From positions 1,080,001 to 1,112,000 of the forward strand of contig NZ_CP066019.1 in the NCBI RefSeq assembly GCF_016127575.1: a stretch of DNA of 32,000 nt, given 5' to 3'. Shown piece by piece: positions 26,995 through 32,000 of this stretch. The position numbers and the translations under genes are program-made. Position 1 is the stretch's first letter, and each line of letters begins with the position of its first letter. Source of the stretch: Cupriavidus necator. Lineage in GTDB: Bacteria; Pseudomonadota; Gammaproteobacteria; Burkholderiales; Burkholderiaceae. The notes under the pieces were generated by a model. That model was not told the DNA's origin, did not search any database, and was given only the letters and a program-made list of their open reading frames with translations.

Positions 26995-27962
26995 AGCGGC
27001 GATTGCTACTGTGGTTGCTGCTATGCCTGGCGGGCCAGCCCGTGCCGCCGGCATTCGCCCAGCAGGCTGCGCTGCAGCCTCCTGACTATCGCCTGGCCCC
27101 GCGCGAGATCGCCGCGGGCGTGTGGCTGCTGGAAGGCGCCAATGCCGACTTCGCGCCCGGCAACGGCTGCAACATCATCAATACGGCGTTCATCGACACC
27201 GGCGACGGCATAGTGGTTATCAACACCGGCCCGTCGCGGCTGTATGGCGAGCAGCAGCGCAAGGCGATTGCATCGGTCACGGCCGCCCCGGTGCGGCTGG
27301 TGCTGAACCTGAACCTGCATCCCGACTATTTCTTCGGCAACCAGGCCTATGCCGATGTGGGCGGCAGCGCCCTGGCCGGCACCATCGACGGGGCGCGGCG
27401 CGAGGGCGCCGCTTATGCCGACAACCTCTACCGCCTGTGCGGCGACTGGATGCGCGGCACCGAGCCCGTGCCGGCTGCGCACGCGCTGGCGCCGGGCCGG
27501 CTCACGATCGGGCGCCATACGCTGGAGATGGTGCGCCTGGACGGCCATACCGGCGACGACCTGGTGGTGCTGGACCACAGCGCGGGCGTGGTCTTTGCCG
27601 GCGGGCTGGTGTTCCGGCAACGCATTCCGACCACGCCGCACGCGGATATCGGCCGCTGGCTGGCCAGCCTGGGCCGGCTGCAGGCGCTGCTGGCCGACAG
27701 CGGGGCGCGCGTGCTGGTCCCCAGCCACGGGCCAGTGCCTGCGGCCGGCGGCGGCGCTGAGGCCATCGCGCAGACGCGCGGCTACCTGCAATGGCTGGAC
27801 ACGCGCCTGCGCGAGGCCGCGGCGCAGGGGCGGGACCTGGCCGAGGTCATGGCGATGCCGGTGCCGCAGCCCTACGCGCACTGGGCCGCGATGCCCGCGG
27901 AGTACCTGCGCAACGTCGGCCATCTCTACCCTGCGCGTGAGGAAGCCGCGCTTGGCCACTGA
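26991..27962 (+). CDS. Periplasmic metallo-beta-lactamase-fold protein (quinoprotein relay system metallohydrolase-like)
   Basis: It has a signal peptide ending PAFA-QQ and an MBL-fold layout: GCNIINTAFIDTGDGIVVINTGPS, then LNLNLHPDYFFGN at the HxHxDH position, GHTGDDLVVLD, VFAGGLVF and LVPSHGP. It overlaps the carrier gene stop with ATGA. Confidence 0.8.
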   Translation: MKRRLLLWLLLCLAGQPVPPAFAQQAALQPPDYRLAPREIAAGVWLLEGANADFAPGNGCNIINTAFIDTGDGIVVINTGPSRLYGEQQRKAIASVTAAPVRLVLNLNLHPDYFFGNQAYADVGGSALAGTIDGARREGAAYADNLYRLCGDWMRGTEPVPAAHALAPGRLTIGRHTLEMVRLDGHTGDDLVVLDHSAGVVFAGGLVFRQRIPTTPHADIGRWLASLGRLQALLADSGARVLVPSHGPVPAAGGGAEAIAQTRGYLQWLDTRLREAAAQGRDLAEVMAMPVPQPYAHWAAMPAEYLRNVGHLYPAREEAALGH

Positions 27963-28081
27963 CGCTGGCCAGCCGAGGCGGGCTGTTCAGTTCTGGAGCA
28001 ACTGCAACGCAGTGTTGCGCGCTGGCACGGCCGTCATCACGCAACCGGGCCGCAACCGGCGTGCTGGTGCGGGGATGCGAC

Positions 28082-28096
28082 TGGCATGGGAATTGC
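28082..28096 (+). promoter_or_regulatory. Candidate sigma54 (-24/-12) promoter for the PQQ alcohol dehydrogenase gene
   Basis: TGGCATG-ggaa-TTGCC matches the consensus TGGCACG-N4-TTGCW except at one -24 position, and the GG/GC spacing is exact. It lies about 68 nt upstream of the ATG at 28164. Confidence 0.5.
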
Positions 28097-28163
28097 CAAA
28101 GGCGTGTCTGGTGGGTGGCGCAGTGGCGCACCTGGGAAACCCAAAACAAGAGAGGAGATGGCA

Positions 28164-29906
28164 ATGAGGACGTTACGAGTAGTGATGGCGGTTGCGGCTG
28201 CCGCGGCCAGTCTGGCCGCGCAGGCGGCTGTGACCGATGCCATGATCGAGAACGACGCAAAGAGCCCCGGCGATGTGTTGTCGTGGGGCATGGGCCCGCA
28301 AGGCCAGCGCTATTCCACGCTGTCGCGCATCAATACGAAGAACGTCGGGCAGCTGGTGCCGGCGTGGTCGTTCTCGTTTGGCGGCGAGAAGCAGCGCGGG
28401 CAGGAATCGCAGCCGCTGATCCATGACGGCAAGATGTTCGTGACGGCCTCGTATTCGCGCATCTATGCGCTGGACCTGAAGACCGGGCGCAAGCTCTGGA
28501 AGTATGAGCACCGGCTGCCCGAAGGCATCATGCCGTGCTGCGACGTGGTGAACCGCGGTGCGGCACTCTACGACAACCTGGTGATCTTCGGCACGCTCGA
28601 TGCGCAGCTGGTGGCGCTGGACCAGAAGACCGGCAAGGTGGTGTGGAAGGAGAAGCTGGAGGACTACGCCGCCGGCTATTCGTACACGGCGGCGCCCATG
28701 ATCGTCAAGGGCATGGTGCTGACCGGCATCTCGGGCGGCGAGTTCGGCGTGGTGGGCCGGGTCGACGCACGCGATGCCAAGACCGGGCAGCTGGTGTGGT
28801 CGCGGCCGGTGGTCGAAGGCCATATGGGCTACAAGTACGACAAGGACGGCAACAAGACCGAGAACGGCGTGACCGGCACCGCCAACGCAAGCTGGCCGGG
28901 CGAGACCTGGAAGACCGGCGGCGCCGCCACCTGGCTGGGCGGCACCTACGATCCGGCCACCGGGCTGGTGTACTTCGGCACCGGCAATCCGGGGCCGTGG
29001 AACAGCCATATCCGCAAGGGCGACAACCTCTACTCGGCCTCGACGGTGGCGCTGGATCCCGCCACCGGCAAGATCGCCTGGCACTACCAGAACACCCCGA
29101 ACGACGGCTGGGATTTCGATGGCGTCAATGAGTTCGTGACCTTCGACCTGGACGGCAAGCGCATGGGCGGCAAGGCCGACCGCAATGGCTTCTTCTACGT
29201 CAACGACGCGGCCAGCGGCAAGCTGGTCAACGCCTTCCCCTTCGTCAGGAAGATCACCTGGGCCACCGGCATCGACCTGAAGAGCGGCCGCCCCAACTAC
29301 ATCGCCGAAGGCCGCCCCGGCGACCCCGCCGCCGGCAGCGACGAGAAGAAGGGCAAGTCCGTGTTTGCCGCGCCGGGCTTCCTTGGCGGCAAGAACCAGC
29401 AGCCGATGGCCTACAGCCCGCAGACCGGCCTGTTCTACGTGCCCGCCAACGAGTGGGGCATGGATATCTGGAACGAGCCCATCAGCTACAAGAAGGGCGC
29501 TGCCTTCCTGGGCGCGGGTTTCACCATCCGTCCGCTGAACGAGGACTATATCGGCACGCTGCGGGCCATCAACCCCAAGAGCGGCAAGATCATGTGGGAG
29601 GTCAAGAACAGCGCGCCGCTGTGGGGCGGGGTGATGACCACCGCCGGCGGGCTGGTGTTCTGGGGCACGCCGGAAGGCTACCTGAAGGCGGCCGACGCCA
29701 GGACCGGCAAGGAGCTGTGGCAGTTCCAGACCGGCAGCGGCGTGGTGGCGCCCCCGGTCACCTGGGAAGAGAACGGCGAGCAGTACGTGGCGGTGGTGTC
29801 CGGCTGGGGCGGCGCGGTGCCGCTGTGGGGCGGCGAGGTGGCCAAGCGCGTGAACTTCCTGGAGCAGGGCGGCTCGGTGTGGGTGTTCAAGCTGCACAAG
29901 AGCTGA
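28164..29906 (+). CDS. PQQ-dependent (type I quinoprotein) alcohol dehydrogenase, ExaA/PedE/PedH family
   Basis: It is nearly colinear with Pseudomonas quinoprotein ethanol dehydrogenase. Shared elements are [43 protein letters not shown], the vicinal disulfide [58 protein letters not shown] and GGSVWVFKL. Signal peptide: [28 protein letters not shown] ends 6 nt before the ATG at 28164, so the ATG at 28158 and the track start at 28086 are less likely. Confidence 0.95.
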   Translation: MRTLRVVMAVAAAAASLAAQAAVTDAMIENDAKSPGDVLSWGMGPQGQRYSTLSRINTKNVGQLVPAWSFSFGGEKQRGQESQPLIHDGKMFVTASYSRIYALDLKTGRKLWKYEHRLPEGIMPCCDVVNRGAALYDNLVIFGTLDAQLVALDQKTGKVVWKEKLEDYAAGYSYTAAPMIVKGMVLTGISGGEFGVVGRVDARDAKTGQLVWSRPVVEGHMGYKYDKDGNKTENGVTGTANASWPGETWKTGGAATWLGGTYDPATGLVYFGTGNPGPWNSHIRKGDNLYSASTVALDPATGKIAWHYQNTPNDGWDFDGVNEFVTFDLDGKRMGGKADRNGFFYVNDAASGKLVNAFPFVRKITWATGIDLKSGRPNYIAEGRPGDPAAGSDEKKGKSVFAAPGFLGGKNQQPMAYSPQTGLFYVPANEWGMDIWNEPISYKKGAAFLGAGFTIRPLNEDYIGTLRAINPKSGKIMWEVKNSAPLWGGVMTTAGGLVFWGTPEGYLKAADARTGKELWQFQTGSGVVAPPVTWEENGEQYVAVVSGWGGAVPLWGGEVAKRVNFLEQGGSVWVFKLHKS

Positions 29907-29929
29907 GCTGGCGGGAGATGACACTGCCA

Positions 29930-29966
29930 GGCGCCCGCATCGCATCATGGGTGCGATGCGGGCGCC
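29930..29966 (+). other. Perfect 15-bp GC-rich hairpin between the dehydrogenase and cytochrome c genes
   Basis: GGCGCCCGCATCGCA (29930-29944) pairs perfectly with TGCGATGCGGGCGCC (29952-29966) across a 7-nt loop (TCATGGG). No U-tract follows. Confidence 0.6.
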
Positions 29967-29984
29967 GGGCGCGGGTGCAACAGG

Positions 29985-30326
29985 ATGAAACGGGACTCAG
30001 GTATGAAGAAGGAATGGATGGCGCTGGCGGTGGCTTCGGCGCTGCTGCCGGGCGCGGCGCTGGCCGGCACGGCCGCCGACATGCAGGCCCTGGCCGACAA
30101 GAGCGGCTGCTTTTCCTGCCATGGCATGCAGTCAAAGCTGGTGGGCCCGGGGTTTGCCGAGGTGGCTGCCAAGTACAAGGGCGACAGCCAGGCGGCGGAG
30201 CGGCTGGCAAAGAAGATCCGCGAAGGCGGCAAGGGCGCGTGGGGGCGGATTCCGATGCCGCCGCATGGCAGCCTTGCTGAGGACGATGCGAAGAAACTGG
30301 CGGAGTGGGTGTTGAGTGCCAGCTGA
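29985..30326 (+). CDS. Class I c-type cytochrome, c551/c552 (c8) family; likely electron acceptor of the PQQ dehydrogenase
   Basis: The heme motif CFSCH and the distal Met context GAWGRIPMPP are present. The sequence is colinear with Pseudomonas cytochrome c551 (KxGCxxCH....K.VGP.....AAKY.G........LA..I..G..G.WG.IPMPP........A..LA.WVLS). The start may be the ATG at 30003 (MKKEWMAL...) rather than 29985. Confidence 0.85.
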   Translation: MKRDSGMKKEWMALAVASALLPGAALAGTAADMQALADKSGCFSCHGMQSKLVGPGFAEVAAKYKGDSQAAERLAKKIREGGKGAWGRIPMPPHGSLAEDDAKKLAEWVLSAS

Positions 30327-30366
30327 GGCCGGCGACTGTCTTGACGATGCCGGCATGCCGGCAAGG

Positions 30367-30405
30367 AACCCCGGCTGGCGCCTGCCATGCCGGGGTTTTT
30401 CCTTT
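30367..30405 (+). terminator. Rho-independent terminator after the cytochrome c gene, at the convergence point with pqqE
   Basis: AACCCCGGC (30367-30375) pairs with GCCGGGGTT (30389-30397). An inner TGGC/GCCA extension is possible. TTTTTCCTTTCTT follows. The pqqE stop codon (30407-30409, minus strand) directly abuts it. Confidence 0.75.
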
Positions 30406-30406
30406 C

Positions 30407-31558
30407 TTAGCGCTGGCCGCTGCTCAGCCGCAGCGAGTTGCCATCGCTGCGAAATACCATCGCTTGCTCGCGTGCCTGCGCCACGGCCAGCCGGCCCTGC
30501 AGCACGATCTCGCTGACCTTGTCGTGCGCGCCGGAGCGCTCGCACACCGGGTCCGTGGCGGTGGCGTCGCCGGTGACCAGGAACGCCTGGCAGCGGCAGC
30601 CGCCGTAGTCCTGCTCGCGCTGGTCGCAGGAACGGCAGGGTTCCTGCATCCACTGCGTGCCGCGGAAACGGCGGAAGGCATCGCTTTCGGTCCAGATCTC
30701 GCGCAGCCCCTGCGTGGCGACATTGGGCAGCGCCAGGCCCGGCAGCATGCGCGCCGCGTGGCAGGGCAGCGCGGTGCCGTCCGGCGCCACGCCAAGGAAG
30801 GTGGTGCCCCAGCCGTTCATGCACTTCTTGGGCCGCGCCTCGAAGTAATCAGGCACGACGAACAGGATCTGGCATTGCCTGCCGATGCGCGCGCGGTACT
30901 GCCGGACCACGGCCTCGGCCTCGCGCAGCTGCTCATGGGTGGGCAGCAGCGCCAGCCGGTTCTCCCAGGCCCAGCCGTAGTACTGCGTGTTGGCCAGTTC
31001 CAGGTATTCGGCGCCCATCTGCAGGGCCATCTCGATGATGGTGCCGACATGCGGCAGGTTATGCCGGTGCAGCACGCAGTTCATCACCATCGGATAGCCG
31101 TGCGCCTTGATCATGCGCGCCACGCGCTGCTTCAGGTCGAAGGTGCGGGTGCTGGACAGGAAGTCGTTGAGCTCGCGGGTGGAGTCCTGGAACGACAGCT
31201 GGATATGGTCCAGGCCGGCGTCGCGCAGGGCGGCAAGGCGGGCGTCGGTCAGGCCCACGCCCGAGGTGATGAGGTTGGTGTAGAAGCCCAGGCCATGCGC
31301 ATGCCTGACCAGTACTTCAAGGTCCTTGCGCAGCAGTGGTTCGCCGCCGGACAGCCCGAGCTGCACCGCGCCCAGCGCCCGCGCCTGGCTGAACACGTCG
31401 CACCATTGCACGGTGCTCAGCTCGGCCGTATGCCGGGCATAGTCCACCGGGTTGGAGCAGAAGGCGCAATGCAGCGGGCAGCGGTAGGTCAGCTCGGCCA
31501 GCAGCCACAGCGGCGGGCCGGGCGCGGCCTCAGACCAGCCAGCCGCGTTCGATCGCAT
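30407..31558 (-). CDS. pqqE: PQQ biosynthesis radical SAM/SPASM protein PqqE
   Basis: PPLWLLAELTYRCPLHCAFCSNP contains the CxxxCxxC radical SAM motif. GGEPLLRKDL and a Cys-rich SPASM C-terminus (CRSCDQREQDYGGCRCQAF) are present. It is colinear with Klebsiella PqqE. The start was chosen at MRSNAAGW (31558), which overlaps the pqqD 3' end by 29 nt. The ATG at 31573 is also possible. Confidence 0.93.
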   Translation of the reverse strand: MRSNAAGWSEAAPGPPLWLLAELTYRCPLHCAFCSNPVDYARHTAELSTVQWCDVFSQARALGAVQLGLSGGEPLLRKDLEVLVRHAHGLGFYTNLITSGVGLTDARLAALRDAGLDHIQLSFQDSTRELNDFLSSTRTFDLKQRVARMIKAHGYPMVMNCVLHRHNLPHVGTIIEMALQMGAEYLELANTQYYGWAWENRLALLPTHEQLREAEAVVRQYRARIGRQCQILFVVPDYFEARPKKCMNGWGTTFLGVAPDGTALPCHAARMLPGLALPNVATQGLREIWTESDAFRRFRGTQWMQEPCRSCDQREQDYGGCRCQAFLVTGDATATDPVCERSGAHDKVSEIVLQGRLAVAQAREQAMVFRSDGNSLRLSSGQR

Positions 31559-31802
31559 GTTTGACAAAGGCATGTACCTCCGGGGCGATTCCCTGCACGC
31601 CAAACGCGGCCTGCAGGTCGTCGATCAGCATGTCCAGCGTGTGGCTGCCGTCGCAGCGCTGCAGGATCGCGGCGGCGCTGTCGTTGAGGGTGACCATGCC
31701 TTCCGGGTACAGCAGCACCCAGCTTTGCTGGGAGGCTTCCCATTGCAGGCGAAAGGTCCGGTGCAGGGTCGGTCTGGCGAGGTCTTGCGTGCTGGCTGTC
31801 AT
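31530..31802 (-). CDS. pqqD: PQQ biosynthesis peptide chaperone PqqD
   Basis: The 90-aa product [52 protein letters not shown]... matches the PqqD core (FRLQWE....H.LLYPEGM..LN..A..IL). The 64-aa extension in the track is rejected because it would overlap pqqC. Confidence 0.9.
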   Translation of the reverse strand: MTASTQDLARPTLHRTFRLQWEASQQSWVLLYPEGMVTLNDSAAAILQRCDGSHTLDMLIDDLQAAFGVQGIAPEVHAFVKHAIERGWLV

Positions 31803-32000
31803 GGGTTGGCTTGCTGGATGGCGTCGAGCATCGACCAGAGCACGTCGAGCTTGAACTGCAGGATGTCGAGGGCGCGCTGCTGTTGCGCCGCGCTGCGGAA
31901 ATGGCCCAGCGTCACGCGCAGGCCATGGTCCACGTCGCGCTGCGCGAGCGGAATGCGAGAGCGGAAGTAGTCCAGCCCGGCGGCCTCGATCCACGGGTAA
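31799..32000 (-). CDS. pqqC: Pyrroloquinoline-quinone synthase PqqC, C-terminal 66 codons (gene continues beyond the window end)
   Basis: This ORF is not in the track because it is open at the edge. My minus-strand translation from 31999 gives [66 protein letters not shown]. This is the conserved PqqC C-terminus (YPWI...LDYFR.R.....RDV.HGL......ALD.L.FK.D.LW.MLDA). The stop overlaps the pqqD ATG (ATGA). Confidence 0.9.
   Translation of the reverse strand, partial: YPWIEAAGLDYFRSRIPLAQRDVDHGLRVTLGHFRSAAQQQRALDILQFKLDVLWSMLDAIQQANP

Noticed and set aside
27963-28163. Small ORFs (for example 28061..28426) in the gap before the dehydrogenase, considered as a possible pqqA-like or other peptide precursor.
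   Set aside because: The translations lack the PqqA E-x-x-x-Y motif and an SD, and they run into the dehydrogenase gene out of frame. The pqqA and pqqB genes are expected beyond the right edge of the window, upstream of pqqC.
1-32000. Mobile elements, CRISPR arrays, tRNA/rRNA genes, toxin-antitoxin or phage-defence genes.
   Set aside because: No transposase-, integrase- or recombinase-like translations were seen. No regularly spaced repeats, cloverleaf-like segments or rRNA-like segments were seen either. All sizeable ORFs with real-protein composition are accounted for by metabolic, transport, respiratory or regulatory families.

Overview
This is a high-GC window with no rRNA, tRNA, CRISPR, IS or phage genes. 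The content looks betaproteobacterial (Burkholderiaceae, Cupriavidus/Ralstonia-like), judged from three orphan Bug/TctC-type binding proteins and the general gene content. All family calls come from reading the supplied translations by eye. No search was run.

Gene order, left to right:
- 5' end of a type I secretion ABC gene (minus strand, runs off the window).
- An EamA/DMT permease and an MHS-type MFS transporter (both minus).
- A cyoABCD cytochrome bo3 ubiquinol oxidase operon with no cyoE, followed by an unrecognised exported protein.
- A visibly lower-GC3 catabolic block: Bug SBP, Qor-like quinone reductase, BKACE/DUF849 enzyme, a second Bug SBP, then a TauD-family dioxygenase divergent from an AraC regulator, and a GntR/FadR regulator.
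- A small Cys-containing exported protein, an Aer-like PAS-MCP and a TonB-dependent receptor (all minus).
- A tightly coupled seven-gene operon: Bug SBP, ABC ATPase, YVTN beta-propeller, LivK-like SBP, ABC-2 permease, SoxY-SoxZ fusion carrier, metallo-beta-lactamase-fold protein.
- A type I PQQ alcohol dehydrogenase and a c551-like cytochrome c.
- Convergent pqqE, pqqD and the 3' end of pqqC.

The most interesting region is about 18.5-30.4 kb. It is a quinoprotein-associated module whose ABC part resembles the PedA1A2BC/Lut lanthanide-uptake genes. Its SoxYZ-like single-cysteine carrier and degenerate-motif MBL protein have, to my knowledge, no experimentally defined function. The dehydrogenase carries the D-x-D signature associated with lanthanide-dependent enzymes. 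Two sigma54-type -24/-12 elements precede the two operons.

Many long ORFs in the track are GC-rich antisense shadows. Several track ORFs have spurious N-terminal extensions, and I replaced those with internal starts.
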